A stretch of DNA of 64,000 nucleotides, taken from contig DATJJH010000177.1 of assembly GCA_035492395.1 (NCBI GenBank), positions 14,035-78,034 on the forward strand. Direction: 5' to 3'. The translations under genes and the position numbers were made by a program. This document shows positions 39,725-50,365 of this stretch, piece after piece. This stretch comes from Trinickia sp. (GTDB lineage: Bacteria; Pseudomonadota; Gammaproteobacteria; Burkholderiales; Burkholderiaceae). The first letter of the stretch is position 1; each line of letters opens with the position of its first letter. Under the pieces are notes generated by a model. It was not told the DNA's origin and did no database searches. It saw only the letters and a list, made by a program, of their open reading frames with translations.

Positions 39725-40753
39725 TTAGTCGGCCTCGTTCAACGGCACGACGAGGTCGAATTTCTGGTAGTCGATGTGCGTGACGCCTTCCTCGTCATCG
39801 TGCAGCAGATCGGCGAAGCGGTGCTGCCAGCGTATCTCGTCGTGCGCCCAGCTGTAGCGGCCGTACATCGTCTGCGTCGTCGTCTCGTCGGCGCCCTCGA
39901 TCGCCAGCATCAGCGAGGCTTCGCAGGCGGCGAGGCTTTCGGCCGTTTCCCCGTAGAGCGGGCTCGTTTCGTCGATGATGTGCATGACGTTCCAGCCCAA
40001 GAGAAAAATCGGGTGCTGCTCGCGTACGAGCTTCAGGTCGTGGATGCGCCAGAGTGAATAGCCTTCAGGCTTCGTCTCGTGCCGCATCAGGCGCAGTCGC
40101 GCCTTGGCCTCGACGATGAAATTCTGGCGCGCGTTCGCCGCGCGCAGCATCAGCGTGGGCTGGCCGTCCAGGGGGCGCACGACGGCGTAGCGCGAGAAGA
40201 TGATGCGCGCGCGCGGACGGGAAAAGCGCACGAAGATGAGACCGGTCGCCAACGCAATGCTCGACATGCCGGTGAAAATCTCGAGCGTCGCGATCGCGTG
40301 CGCGTAGACCGTCTGCGGATGCATATCGCCGTAGCCGACCGTGGCGAGCGTCTCCACGCTGAAGAAAAACGCGCCCAGAAAGCCGCCGGGCGCTAGGTTG
40401 GCGATTGGAGCGTGACCGCAAGAATAGAGTGCGGCGAACGCGGCGTTCAGCAGCACGAAAAATCCCGCGAGCGAGGCGAAGAACACGGGCCAGGTGGCCG
40501 TCAGCGCGCGATGGTAGAGATCGAGCCCGAGCCCCCTGCGACCGGACATGCCGTGCGTGACGACGCTGCCCGACCCCGTGCGAAGAACGCGGCCGCCCGC
40601 CGCCCGGCGCTTGGGGGCGATGCGCGCATTGGGCGAGCGCGGCACCCGCGCACGCGCGTCGCCGGACGAACGGGGAGCCGCGCGTGCGGGGGACGATGTT
40701 TCGTTTTGCCTATCGTTTTGCCTATCGATTGCCATGCGGCGGCCCGTCGTCAT
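39725..40753 (-). CDS. Inward-rectifier K+ channel (KirBac family)
   Basis: FFFSVETLATVGYGDMHP selectivity filter and FSRPRAR; start uncertain (40735 possible). Confidence 0.9.
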   Translation of the reverse strand: MTTGRRMAIDRQNDRQNETSSPARAAPRSSGDARARVPRSPNARIAPKRRAAGGRVLRTGSGSVVTHGMSGRRGLGLDLYHRALTATWPVFFASLAGFFVLLNAAFAALYSCGHAPIANLAPGGFLGAFFFSVETLATVGYGDMHPQTVYAHAIATLEIFTGMSSIALATGLIFVRFSRPRARIIFSRYAVVRPLDGQPTLMLRAANARQNFIVEAKARLRLMRHETKPEGYSLWRIHDLKLVREQHPIFLLGWNVMHIIDETSPLYGETAESLAACEASLMLAIEGADETTTQTMYGRYSWAHDEIRWQHRFADLLHDDEEGVTHIDYQKFDLVVPLNEAD

Positions 40754-40792
40754 GAACGGGCGCAGCGTAGCACGCGGCGCGGGGGCGCGCGA

Positions 40793-41038
40793 CTACGGGA
40801 ACGCCCGGGGCTTGGGGACGCCCGCGCCGCGCTCGATGTCGGCCTCGGCCTGCCGGCGCGCCGTTTCGATCGCGTCGGTGACGTCCGCGTAGCCCGCGTC
40901 GCCGCCGATCGTCGTCCATCGTTGCACGGGTTTGTCCTGCTGTCGTATTTCGTACTCGGCGTCCCAGCGCGAGCCTTCGAGCTCGATGGGGCGCACGTGG
41001 ATCGAATAGACGCCGTACGAGTAGAGTTCTTCAGCCAT
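40793..41038 (-). CDS. Small hypothetical protein (81 aa)
   Basis: GGAGGGAGG RBS; plausible beta3-alpha pattern. Confidence 0.7.
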   Translation of the reverse strand: MAEELYSYGVYSIHVRPIELEGSRWDAEYEIRQQDKPVQRWTTIGGDAGYADVTDAIETARRQAEADIERGAGVPKPRAFP

Positions 41039-41143
41039 CTTGAACCTCCCTCCGCCCTGATGAGGCGAATACGAGCAAGGGGCGTGCGCCGATGCGGGGG
41101 CGGCTGACGCTAGCGCCGGCGCTTACCCGCGGCTTCACGTCTT

Positions 41144-41365
41144 CTACAGTTCGAGTTCACCGAGGATTTGGTGCGCGAGCGCCTTCGCTTCTTCGAGCGC
41201 CTCGAAGGCGGTGGCGCTCGTGCCCTTCACCTCGTACGCCGTCGTCTCGGCCTCGGTTGCGTCGTCGCGCGAGAGGTGGACGACGCCTTGGAACCGGCCG
41301 TCGTCGAGTTGCTGCACGCCGGCCGTGGCCGTGTAGATTCCTTTCGTGTAGGTGACGTCTTCCAT
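41144..41365 (-). CDS. Small hypothetical protein (73 aa)
   Basis: GAAAGGAG RBS before MEDVTYTKG; similar architecture to the neighbour. Confidence 0.7.
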   Translation of the reverse strand: MEDVTYTKGIYTATAGVQQLDDGRFQGVVHLSRDDATEAETTAYEVKGTSATAFEALEEAKALAHQILGELEL

Positions 41366-41472
41366 GATGACGCTCCTTTCCGGACGCATGAATCCATCCT
41401 AGCACGCGGCGCGCGGCCTCACCGGCCGGCGCCCGCCCGCGCCCGTCGTCGTCGGCCTCGGGGCGAGGCCGG

Positions 41473-42423
41473 CTACGTGAGCAGTGCGACCACCTCGTCG
41501 AGTGTCGGCGAATGCGCGCCCGCGTGGCGGCACGCCGCGGCGCCCGCGGCGAGGGCGAACGCCAGGTGATCGCGCCAGCCGCGCTCGGCGCGCTGCATGA
41601 GGCTGAAGAGCAAACCGCCGATCGACGCATCGCCCGCGCCGACCGTATCGACCACTTCGACACGCGGCGGCATGGCCGCGATGGTCTCGCCCGGCGCGAT
41701 CAACGTGGCCGCGCCCGCGCCGCGCGTGACGAGCACGGTGGCCTCGGGGTTCATGGCGCGCAGCGTCTCGAGCGCGGTGTCTTCGTCCGTGCCGAACAGG
41801 CAGCGCAGATCCTCATCGGAGACCTTGATCAGATGAGCGAGCGAGGCCATGGTCTCGAGCATCAGCCGATAGCCGTGCGCCATCAGATTCCGATAGTTCG
41901 GGTCGAAGCTGATGCGTACGCCGTGCGCGCGCAGATCGGCGGCGAGCGTCGCGAGCGTGGCCGACAGCGGCGCGCGGGCGAGGCTGATCCCGCCGAAATG
42001 CGCCCAGCGAGCCTCGCCCATCCACCCCTCGGGCAGCGATTCCGGATCGAATGCGAGATCGGCGCTTGCTTCGCCGATGAAGAAATAGGCGGGCGGCTGC
42101 GTCTCGTGGACGATCGCGAGCAGGGGCGGGCGTTCGACGCGTTGAAGGAAACGCCGATCGAGCCCGGCCGCTTCGCTCGCGCGCCAAAGCTCATCGGAAA
42201 AACAGTCGGAACCGATCGCGCCGGCGAAGGCGGTCGGCACGCCCAGGCGCGCCACCGCTCGAGCGACGTTCCAGCCCGCTCCGCCGGGGTGCGCGGTCCA
42301 GTTCGGGCCGCCCGCGCGGACGAGATCGGTGAGGATGTCGCCTGCGCTGACGAACAGCGGGAAGGCGGCGCGCTCGCCGTGGGTGACGGTAGCCGCCGTA
42401 CTCGTAGCTTCTGGGGTGTGCAT
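41473..42423 (-). CDS. PfkB family carbohydrate kinase (fructokinase-like)
   Basis: [15 protein letters not shown] and DTVGAGDA motifs. Confidence 0.92.
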   Translation of the reverse strand: MHTPEATSTAATVTHGERAAFPLFVSAGDILTDLVRAGGPNWTAHPGGAGWNVARAVARLGVPTAFAGAIGSDCFSDELWRASEAAGLDRRFLQRVERPPLLAIVHETQPPAYFFIGEASADLAFDPESLPEGWMGEARWAHFGGISLARAPLSATLATLAADLRAHGVRISFDPNYRNLMAHGYRLMLETMASLAHLIKVSDEDLRCLFGTDEDTALETLRAMNPEATVLVTRGAGAATLIAPGETIAAMPPRVEVVDTVGAGDASIGGLLFSLMQRAERGWRDHLAFALAAGAAACRHAGAHSPTLDEVVALLT

Positions 42424-42434
42424 GGATCGTCCGT

Positions 42435-43811
42435 TCAATCGCGGCGTGCGGCGGCGCCGCTGCCGTTTCCATTTCCGCTTCCGTTGCCGTGGACGCGTTG
42501 CAGCGGGGAGGGCATCTCGGCCACGCCGGCGCTCGCGTCGCCATTGCGTTCGACGAGCGCGTTCAACACCTCGTAGCAGGCGCCCATCGTGTGATAGTCA
42601 GTCTTGCCGGCCGGGCTCTTTTCATCGCTGTATTTGCGGTTGTCGCACGTGAGAATGCGATACCAGGCGCCGTGGCGATGATCGACGAAATGCGTCCAGC
42701 TGTAGCTCCAGATCTCGTCGTACCAGTCCCAGAACCGTTCGCTGCCGGTGCGGTGCGCGAGCAGGGCGGCCGCCGCGAGGGTTTCGGCCTGCACCCAAAA
42801 GTATTTATCGTGGTCGCAGATCTTGCCGTCCGGACCGAAGCCGTAGCACAGGCCGCCGTGCTCGTCGTCCCAGGCGTGCGTGAGCGCGGCGTCGAACAAT
42901 TCGACCGCGCGCGGCACGAGCCAGGGCAGCGGGCGATGGCGCTCGAGAATCAACAGCAGCTTGGCCCATTCGGTCTGATGCCCCGGCTGAAAGCCCCACG
43001 GCCGAAAGATGTTCGAGCTGTCTTCCTCGTTGTAGTGCCAATCGACCGACCAATCCGCATGGAAATGCTCCCACACGAGCCCATGCGACAGCTTCGCTTG
43101 GCGTTCGGTGATGTGGGTCGCCACGCGCTCGGCGCGATCCAGATACACGAGGTGGCCCGTCGCCTCGTAGGCCGCGAGCAACGCCTCCGTAGTGTGCATG
43201 TTCGCGTTTTGGCCGCGGTAGGTGGACACGTGCCAGTCGGGCGTCGCTTCGTCGGCGTACAGGCCCGCCGCCGGGTCCCAAAAGCGGCGCTCCATCAGTT
43301 CGAACGTTTCGGCGATCTGCAGCCGCGCTTCCTCGATGCCGGCCATGGCGGCGTGCGCTTGCGCGAGCAGCACGAACGCGAGGCCGTAACAGTGACGGGT
43401 GCCGTCGATCGTGCGCTTTTCGCGGTTGCGCCACTCGATCTCCCAGTCGTATCCGCGGTGGACCGGATCCCAATGCGCGTCGCGCAGAAAGGCGAGACCG
43501 TGGCGCGCATAGTCGAGGTAAAGCGGATCGCGAAAATGCCGATACGCCATCGCGTAGTTGAAAACGAAGCGGCAACTGCTCACAAGGTGACGCGAGCTGC
43601 GGTCGTAGACGGCGCCGTCGTCCTTGAAGTAGTGAAAGAAGCCGCCCGACGGGTCGTGCACCGTCGGCCCATAGAAGGCCAGCGTGTCGGCCACGTGTTC
43701 GAGCAGGAACGCGCGATCGCGGAAATCGTCGACGGGCGGCACCATCGTGTTCGTATGGACGGCGCCGGGCGGCGGTTTGACGCTTCGATTGGCGTTGGGA
43801 AGCTTCGTCAT
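42435..43811 (-). CDS. AGE family epimerase/isomerase (mannose isomerase-like)
   Basis: [30 protein letters not shown] and [10 protein letters not shown] motifs. Confidence 0.92.
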   Translation of the reverse strand: MTKLPNANRSVKPPPGAVHTNTMVPPVDDFRDRAFLLEHVADTLAFYGPTVHDPSGGFFHYFKDDGAVYDRSSRHLVSSCRFVFNYAMAYRHFRDPLYLDYARHGLAFLRDAHWDPVHRGYDWEIEWRNREKRTIDGTRHCYGLAFVLLAQAHAAMAGIEEARLQIAETFELMERRFWDPAAGLYADEATPDWHVSTYRGQNANMHTTEALLAAYEATGHLVYLDRAERVATHITERQAKLSHGLVWEHFHADWSVDWHYNEEDSSNIFRPWGFQPGHQTEWAKLLLILERHRPLPWLVPRAVELFDAALTHAWDDEHGGLCYGFGPDGKICDHDKYFWVQAETLAAAALLAHRTGSERFWDWYDEIWSYSWTHFVDHRHGAWYRILTCDNRKYSDEKSPAGKTDYHTMGACYEVLNALVERNGDASAGVAEMPSPLQRVHGNGSGNGNGSGAAARRD

Positions 43812-44848
43812 GATGTCGTTTCCGATTCAATGCCGGCTGCGCCAAGCGCGTGCTGCGCGCTGGCGCCGCCAAGCGTACTGGCCCGCGCGACGAGCCGCAC
43901 GGGCTGGCGCACCGTGAGTTCGCCAGGCGCGTCTTCGAGCAGCAATTGAACGCCGCGTGCGCCGAGCGCTTCCATGTCGGTCGCGATCGTCGTCAGCGCG
44001 GGGGTGGCGTGCGACGCGGCGGGGATGTCGTCGAAGCCCACGAACGCAATGTCCTCGGGCACGCGCAAGCCGCGCGCGAGGGCAACCCGCATCGCGGCCA
44101 GCGCCGCAACGTCGTTATAGGCGAAAACGGCGTCCGGCGTCCGGTCGGGGCCGTGCGTGTCGAGCAGGCGATGCATCGCCAGGGCGGCGCCTTCATCGGG
44201 CGGCAAGTGGGCGTCGATCGACGTTTCGAGCGACGGATCGAACAGCAGCCCCGCCTCGAAGAACGCGCGCCGATAGCCGAGCGCGCGCTGGGCGATGCTG
44301 TAGTGAGCGAGCGAGCCGCCGATGAACGCGATGCGTTTGCGGCCGAGCGAGAACAGATGCCGCATCGCGAGCGCGGCCCCCGCGGCGTTGTCCAGATTCA
44401 CCGAGCGCATGTTCGGCGCGAACAGGTCGATCAGCACCAGTGGGCGCTGCATCGCGGCGACGGCCGCGAGCGTCTCGGGTTCGACGAAGCCCGCCACGGC
44501 GATCGCATCGGGCGCGTGCAGGCGCAACTGCTCGGCGATGTCTTCGGTCGGGCCCGCCGTCAGCAGCGAAGGCACGATGCCATGCGCGCGGCATGCGTCC
44601 TCCACGCCGTGCAGGACGTGCGAAAAAAACGGACTTGCGCCGAAATTGTTGTGCTGGCGGTGCAGCAAAAACGTCAGACGTCGGATGCGCGGGCGCAACT
44701 GCGCCGCGTCGTAGCCGAGCCGCCGCGCCGTTTCGACGACGCGCAGGCGCGTGGCTTCGGACAGCCCCGGCTGGTTTTTCAGCGCGCGCGACACCGTGCC
44801 GATCGACACGTTCGCCGCTCGGGCGATGTCGCGAATCGTAGTGGCCAT
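43808..44848 (-). CDS. LacI family transcriptional regulator
   Basis: TIRDIARAANVSIGTVSRAL HTH; VPEDIAFVGFDD. Confidence 0.95.
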   Translation of the reverse strand: MATTIRDIARAANVSIGTVSRALKNQPGLSEATRLRVVETARRLGYDAAQLRPRIRRLTFLLHRQHNNFGASPFFSHVLHGVEDACRAHGIVPSLLTAGPTEDIAEQLRLHAPDAIAVAGFVEPETLAAVAAMQRPLVLIDLFAPNMRSVNLDNAAGAALAMRHLFSLGRKRIAFIGGSLAHYSIAQRALGYRRAFFEAGLLFDPSLETSIDAHLPPDEGAALAMHRLLDTHGPDRTPDAVFAYNDVAALAAMRVALARGLRVPEDIAFVGFDDIPAASHATPALTTIATDMEALGARGVQLLLEDAPGELTVRQPVRLVARASTLGGASAQHALGAAGIESETTS

Positions 44849-44986
44849 CGCAGCTCGTCTAGTGGGTCGGGATGCCGCAAATTGTATAGTAAAAAACGCC
44901 ATACAATCGCTAAACGAACTAGATGATTGCCCTTATTCGCTTATCCAGCAATGATTTCAGAACATTTTACTGTTTAGTAAAAATTA

Positions 44987-46822
44987 CTAAACGTGTTCGT
45001 GGGCGCGCATCAGCGCGGCGCCTTCGTCGAGATCGATGACGAACAGGCCGCTCGGGTCTTGTTTCGCGCGATGCTTGGCGAGCGCCGCGACGGAGGCGAT
45101 GTCCTCGCTGCCGTAGCGCGTGCCGCCGTCTAGGCCGGGCTGAACGCGCACCGCCCCGATCGCCATCGTCACGAAGCTGAAGAACGTCGGGTTGCCGCGC
45201 CGGTCCTCGCCGTGGATGCCGCCGGCCGCGCGGTCTTCATCGGCGTAAAAGTGCAGCGCGCCCGTGTTGAACGCGTCGATCGCGCGCGCGACGCGCTCGC
45301 GCCAGTCGTCGCTCTGAAACAAGATGAGGAAATCGTCGCCGCCCACGTGCCCGAGAAAGTCGCGGGTCGGATCGCATACGTCGGCAAGCACGGCGGCCGC
45401 GAACTTGAGCACTTCGTCGCCCTGCCAGTAGCCGTAGCGATCGTTGAACGGCTTGAAGTGGTTCAGATCGACGTAGCAGGCCTGGAACTCGGCGCGGTGT
45501 CCGATGAGCCGGGCGATGTGCGAGCTGATCGGGATGTTGCCGGGCAGGAACGTGAGCGGGTTGGCGTAGCGGGCCGCCTCGATGCGCACTTCCGTCACGG
45601 CGCGCACGAGGCTTTCACCGGTGCCCAGGCCGACATAGCGCCCCTCGTCGGTGATGACGAAGCCGTCGGCGAGGTAGCGCTGATCGTCGCTGGCGAGCAG
45701 CTTGGCCATCTGCTCCACGGTCATCGATTTTTCGATGATGACGGGCGAGGCGTTCGCGAACAGCACGCAAGGGCGCTTGCCGAAGAGTTCGCGGTGGTAG
45801 GGCAGCGCGTAGCGGTCCATGAAGCTGCGCCGGTTGATCAGCGCGACCGGAAGGTCGTCTTCGACCACGGCCACCGCGTGCAGCGTCGGCAACCGGTTGA
45901 ACAGATCGAGCACGTCGTTGTTCGATGCGCTTTTGGGTAGCGCGGGCGCGGCCACGACCATCTTCGCGGCCGCCATGCCGCCCGACGGCGAAGCGGCCAC
46001 GGGGGTGCGCGTTGCGCCGGGGAAGACGGCGATGTGCCCCGCGCCGAGCGCCTCGTGCGCAGCGGGCTCGAGCTTGCGCGGGATGCGCGCTTCGGGGCGG
46101 CCGAAGAAAAAGCCCTGGCCGAGCGCGATGCCCATGTCGCGCACGACGATGAGATCGGCCGCGTTTTCGATGCCCTCGGCAACGAGCCGCGCGCCGCTCG
46201 CGCCCGCGAAATGCTGCATGGCGCGCACGGCCTCGAATTTCAGCGGATCGTTCGCGATGTCGTCGATGAAGAACCGGTCGATCTTGACGACATCGGGTTG
46301 CAGCCGCACCCACAGGTTCATGCTCGCGTTCGCGGTGCCGTAATCGTCGAGCGCGAACTGAATCCCCGTTTCGCGCAGCTCGGCCACGGCGGGGGCGAAG
46401 GTGCGCACATCGGCGATCTCGCCTTGCTCGGTCAACTCGAGGACGAGGCGCTCGACATTCAGACCGTGCCGCTGCAGCCAGTCGATCGTGCGTTCGCGCG
46501 TCTGCCCGAGGGCCACCAGCGCGTCGGCGCTGAAGTTCAGGAACAGCTTGCCTTCGCACCGCAGGCTCATGAACGCCGCCACGCACGTGCGCGCGGCGGC
46601 ATGCTCCAACGCGACCGACTGCCCCTCGCGCGCGGCTTGCGCGAACAAGGCGCCCGGGGATTCGAGCGGCGAACCGGCCGGCCCACGGATGAGCCCTTCG
46701 TATCCGAGGATGGCGCCACCGTCGAAATCGACGATGGGCTGAAAGACGGCGGTCAGCGCCCGCCGGGCGATCAGCTCGGCGACGTTGGACTCGCCGGGCG
46801 GCGATGACGGGCTTAGTGACAT
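44987..46822 (-). CDS. EAL-CBS-GGDEF c-di-GMP enzyme
   Basis: EGLIRGP and DDYGTA (EAL), CBS-like pair, then NPLTFLPGN, FKPFND and HVGGDDF. Confidence 0.9.
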   Translation of the reverse strand: MSLSPSSPPGESNVAELIARRALTAVFQPIVDFDGGAILGYEGLIRGPAGSPLESPGALFAQAAREGQSVALEHAAARTCVAAFMSLRCEGKLFLNFSADALVALGQTRERTIDWLQRHGLNVERLVLELTEQGEIADVRTFAPAVAELRETGIQFALDDYGTANASMNLWVRLQPDVVKIDRFFIDDIANDPLKFEAVRAMQHFAGASGARLVAEGIENAADLIVVRDMGIALGQGFFFGRPEARIPRKLEPAAHEALGAGHIAVFPGATRTPVAASPSGGMAAAKMVVAAPALPKSASNNDVLDLFNRLPTLHAVAVVEDDLPVALINRRSFMDRYALPYHRELFGKRPCVLFANASPVIIEKSMTVEQMAKLLASDDQRYLADGFVITDEGRYVGLGTGESLVRAVTEVRIEAARYANPLTFLPGNIPISSHIARLIGHRAEFQACYVDLNHFKPFNDRYGYWQGDEVLKFAAAVLADVCDPTRDFLGHVGGDDFLILFQSDDWRERVARAIDAFNTGALHFYADEDRAAGGIHGEDRRGNPTFFSFVTMAIGAVRVQPGLDGGTRYGSEDIASVAALAKHRAKQDPSGLFVIDLDEGAALMRAHEHV

Positions 46823-46858
46823 GACGGGACAACAAGCCGGAATGATTGGATAGTCGGC

Positions 46859-46885
46859 TTATCGACCGCGAGCATTAAGAGTTGA
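46859..46885 (-). promoter_or_regulatory. Putative sigma28 promoter
   Basis: Minus strand TCAACTCT-N11-GTCGATAA upstream of the EAL-CBS-GGDEF gene. Confidence 0.5.
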
Positions 46886-46931
46886 ATGAATCTTTCATGA
46901 CGTGACGCACCAGATCGGTGCGCCCGTGGGT

Positions 46932-48197
46932 CTAATCCGCGATCGGCTCGCGACCGGGCTGCGCGAGCGCATCGTTCGCCGCGTCCACGGTGCTGTGACC
47001 GCGAACGAGATCGGCCATGCCGATCGTCCCGGCTTCCCTGAGCGACACGGCATCGTGCACCGGCTCGGCGATGACGACGCGGTTGCGCCCACTGCCCTTG
47101 GCATCGAGCAGCGCGGTGTCGGCCCGGCGGATCACGCGCTCGATCGGCTCGCCGCGCGCGTGCTGAGCAACGCCGACGCTGATGGTCAGCCGCACTTCCA
47201 GCTGGCGGGCGTCTTCGATTCGCTTGCGCAGGCGTTCGGCCACGCGCGCGGCGTCGTGCTGATCGGCGCCCGGCAGCAACACGACGAATTCTTCCCCTCC
47301 GAAGCGGCCCGCCACGTCGGTGGGCCGCATGCAGTCTTGGATCTGCCGCGCGATGAACTGCAGCGCGCGGTCACCCGCATCGTGACCGAACCGGTCGTTG
47401 ACCGCCTTGAAGTGATCGGCGTCGATGTAGAGCACCGAAAACGATTGGCCCACGCGCTCCGCACGCAGCAAAATGCGGCGGCCCAGTTCGAACACGCGGC
47501 GCCGGCGCGGCAATTGGGTGAGCTCGTCGATGTCGGCGAACGCGCGCAATTGCCGCTCTAGCCGAAAGCTCTTCTTTTGCGAGCGCAAGGCGAACAGATT
47601 CGTGACGAGGCTCGTCGAGATGGCGATGAACATCGACAGGACCACGCCGAATTGCTCCACGGCCGGCGGTTTGCTGATCGCGACGAGCGCGAGCGGCCCG
47701 GCGATGGCGAGCGCGGCGGCGGCCGGGAAATCCCAGCCGCGCAGCAGCACGGGGCTGAACGTGAGCGGGATCAGCACGAAGGCGGGCAGAACGATCAGCA
47801 TGCCGTCGCCCCACTGCAGCGCGTGCAGCACGATGCCGGCCTCGAGCGAGGCGATGAAGGCGAGCGCGGCCAGGCTCGCGCGCAAGCCGCTGCCTTTCAT
47901 CCACGCGACGGTGAGCGCGGCCGCCATCGGCAATGCGGGCAGCGCACTCATGAACGCGGCCGGCGCCATACGCTGCTTGTCGAGCCACGAGTCGCCGACC
48001 ACGAGCACGATGTACCCCACGAGGGCCGTCGCGAGCTGCGCGCACAGGAACGACCACAGGCGATGCGCCGCGTAGTCCTCGAACGATTGATTGTCTTCCG
48101 GCGCCTCGATCGTCTTGGCGCGCCGCTCCCGAATGCGCCGCACGCGGCGCAACGACACCCCGTGGCGTACGTCGTCGGATCGATCCTCGCTGGTCAT
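46932..48197 (-). CDS. Membrane-bound diguanylate cyclase
   Basis: N-terminal TM helices; DELTQL, DADHFKAVND, I-site RPTD and GRFGGEEF. Confidence 0.92.
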   Translation of the reverse strand: MTSEDRSDDVRHGVSLRRVRRIRERRAKTIEAPEDNQSFEDYAAHRLWSFLCAQLATALVGYIVLVVGDSWLDKQRMAPAAFMSALPALPMAAALTVAWMKGSGLRASLAALAFIASLEAGIVLHALQWGDGMLIVLPAFVLIPLTFSPVLLRGWDFPAAAALAIAGPLALVAISKPPAVEQFGVVLSMFIAISTSLVTNLFALRSQKKSFRLERQLRAFADIDELTQLPRRRRVFELGRRILLRAERVGQSFSVLYIDADHFKAVNDRFGHDAGDRALQFIARQIQDCMRPTDVAGRFGGEEFVVLLPGADQHDAARVAERLRKRIEDARQLEVRLTISVGVAQHARGEPIERVIRRADTALLDAKGSGRNRVVIAEPVHDAVSLREAGTIGMADLVRGHSTVDAANDALAQPGREPIAD

Positions 48198-48597
48198 TTA
48201 TATTCTCGCTTGGACGTGCAATTTCAGCATTCACGGAAGAAGCGTATCGGCGCCCTCGTTTCGTGCGCCATTCTAATAGCGCTAAAAGTCGAAAGCGATG
48301 ATTTTAAGAAGATTTATGAGAGTTGGATGGATGTCCGCCTCCGTCAGCCCTTCCAGCCCTCGCCCGATGGGCTTCGAGACATCTCGAAGCCCTTAGTCGC
48401 GCAACCCGGACGAGACAATTGCGCCAGGCGTGATTCTCGCTATTTCGTAACTGCGACACGCTCAACAACTGCAAACGTTTGCTGTCGTCTTTCGGATTTT
48501 CGCGCCGCAAAATGCTTCGCCGCTAATCGGCTTTTTCTATTCAGCCGATTTTGGGTGCGACGCAATATCGCGTTGCGCGGTGCAATAGCCAGGCGGC

Positions 48598-49608
48598 TCA
48601 ACGGGCACGCGCGCGGGCCCGCTCCGAAGGTTCGTGGTGCGAATTGCGTGCGGCCCATCGTTGAGCGAGCGCCGCGCAGACCATCAACTGCATTTGATGG
48701 AACAGCATGAGCGGCAGGACGACCGCGCCGACGGCCTGCGAGGCGAAGATCACTTTGGCCATAGGGATGCCCGACGCGAGGCTCTTCTTCGACCCGCAGA
48801 AGACGATGGTGATGCGATCCTCGCGGTTGAAGCCGAGCCGCTTGCTTACGATCGACGTGATCGCCAGAGCGGCGGCCAGCAGCACCGCGTTGACGACGAA
48901 CAGCCCGGCCAGCGCGCCGAGCGAAAGATGGCGCCAGAGTCCCTCGTTGACCGCTTCGCTGAACGCCGTATAGACGACGAGCAGGATCGAGCCCTGATCG
49001 ACGAAGCGCAGAACGCGGCGATTGCCTTCGATCCACGGTCCGATCAGAGGCCGGAGCAATTGACCCGCCACGAACGGCACAAGCAATTGCATGACGATGG
49101 CGCCGACGGTGTGCCAGCCGGAACGCGATGCGCCGACTTGGTTCGTGATGACGAGGCTCACGAGGGCGGGCGTGACGAAGATCCCGATCAGGCTCGATGC
49201 CGACGCGCTGCAGACGGCGGCCGGCACGTTGCCGCGCGCGATCGATGTGAATGCAATCGAGGATTGAACGGTCGAGGGCAGCGTGCAGAGAAACAAGATG
49301 CCCACGTACAGCGCCGGCGTCACGAGCGGGCCGACGAGCGGCTTAAGCAGGAGTCCGAGCAGCGGAAACATGATGAACGTGCATAGGAGCACGAGCACAT
49401 GCAGGCGCCAGTGCGTCGCGCCGGCGACGACGGCTTCGCGCGAGAGCTTTGCGCCGTGCAGGAAAAACAGCAGGCCGACGGCAAGGTTAGTGAGCCAGTT
49501 CACGGCGACCGCCGTTTCGCCGCGGCAAGGCAAGAGGCTCGCGAAAACCACGGTGCCCACGAGGGCGAGCGTGAAATTGTCGGGAACCAGATAGGAGAGA
49601 CGACGCAT
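48598..49608 (-). CDS. Bile acid:sodium symporter family (YfeH-like)
   Basis: FFLHGAKLSRE, LPSTVQSSIAFT and FCGSKKSLASG motifs. Confidence 0.92.
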   Translation of the reverse strand: MRRLSYLVPDNFTLALVGTVVFASLLPCRGETAVAVNWLTNLAVGLLFFLHGAKLSREAVVAGATHWRLHVLVLLCTFIMFPLLGLLLKPLVGPLVTPALYVGILFLCTLPSTVQSSIAFTSIARGNVPAAVCSASASSLIGIFVTPALVSLVITNQVGASRSGWHTVGAIVMQLLVPFVAGQLLRPLIGPWIEGNRRVLRFVDQGSILLVVYTAFSEAVNEGLWRHLSLGALAGLFVVNAVLLAAALAITSIVSKRLGFNREDRITIVFCGSKKSLASGIPMAKVIFASQAVGAVVLPLMLFHQMQLMVCAALAQRWAARNSHHEPSERARARAR

Positions 49609-49933
49609 AAACCACTTCTCTTGACGAAAAAAAGCGAACGCGCAAAAAACGCGCAAGGCGAGAGAGAAAATTAGGGGCAGAGGCAGGCGAAACGATGAAC
49701 CCGTTCGTCGCACGAATGCTGCCGCTGCAGGCAAAACCGTTACGGTAACACCAGGTTACAACGGCGGCGCTCACCTAACACTTTTTGCCTCGACACCTTG
49801 ACGGGCGGCCCATAAATTACCCTTCAAGATCCCTCGGAGCACCGATTTATCTGACGATCGCTCGGTAAAGAAGGCGCCTCTCGCGCCGCTCTCGCGCGCG
49901 CATCCGAGCGGACGGCAGGCGAGTGCATCGATC

Positions 49934-50365
49934 ATGGCGGATTCGGCTTTTCACATCGTTGGACGTTGGGCGGCGGCGGCGCTTTGCGCGGTCGCCGTTT
50001 CGCTCGTCCATGCGAAGCCGCCGCATGCCCCCCGCGCGGGATTCGCCGCGCCGGGCGCGGGCCCTGGCTGGCGAGCGCCGAGCCGAGGGCAGAGTGCGTT
50101 CGTGATGTCGACCAATCCTTATCGACGCGGTTCGCTCCCGCGCGCGGCGCCCGCCCCGGCGTTCGGCGCGCCGCCGACGCCGTTCCGGCCGGTGAGCGAG
50201 GAGGCCCGCACGCTTGCCCGCGAGGGCGGCGCGGCCTATTTGCGCGCCGGCTCGATCCGCGCCGATATCGCGCGCTACAACGAAGAGCGCGGCGCGCCTC
50301 GTCCGCCCCGCCCGCCGAACGGCGGCGCCCGTTCCCCCGAGCCTGCGCCTGTCTACCGCAACTAG
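49934..50365 (+). CDS. Hypothetical secreted Pro/Arg-rich protein
   Basis: Signal-like N-terminus (VHA-K); GSIRADIARYNEER segment. Confidence 0.55.
   Translation: MADSAFHIVGRWAAAALCAVAVSLVHAKPPHAPRAGFAAPGAGPGWRAPSRGQSAFVMSTNPYRRGSLPRAAPAPAFGAPPTPFRPVSEEARTLAREGGAAYLRAGSIRADIARYNEERGAPRPPRPPNGGARSPEPAPVYRN

Noticed and set aside
42457-42492. Degenerate 6-bp repeat ([10 protein letters not shown]) at the AGE C-terminus
   Set aside because: Low-complexity tail with no evident function.
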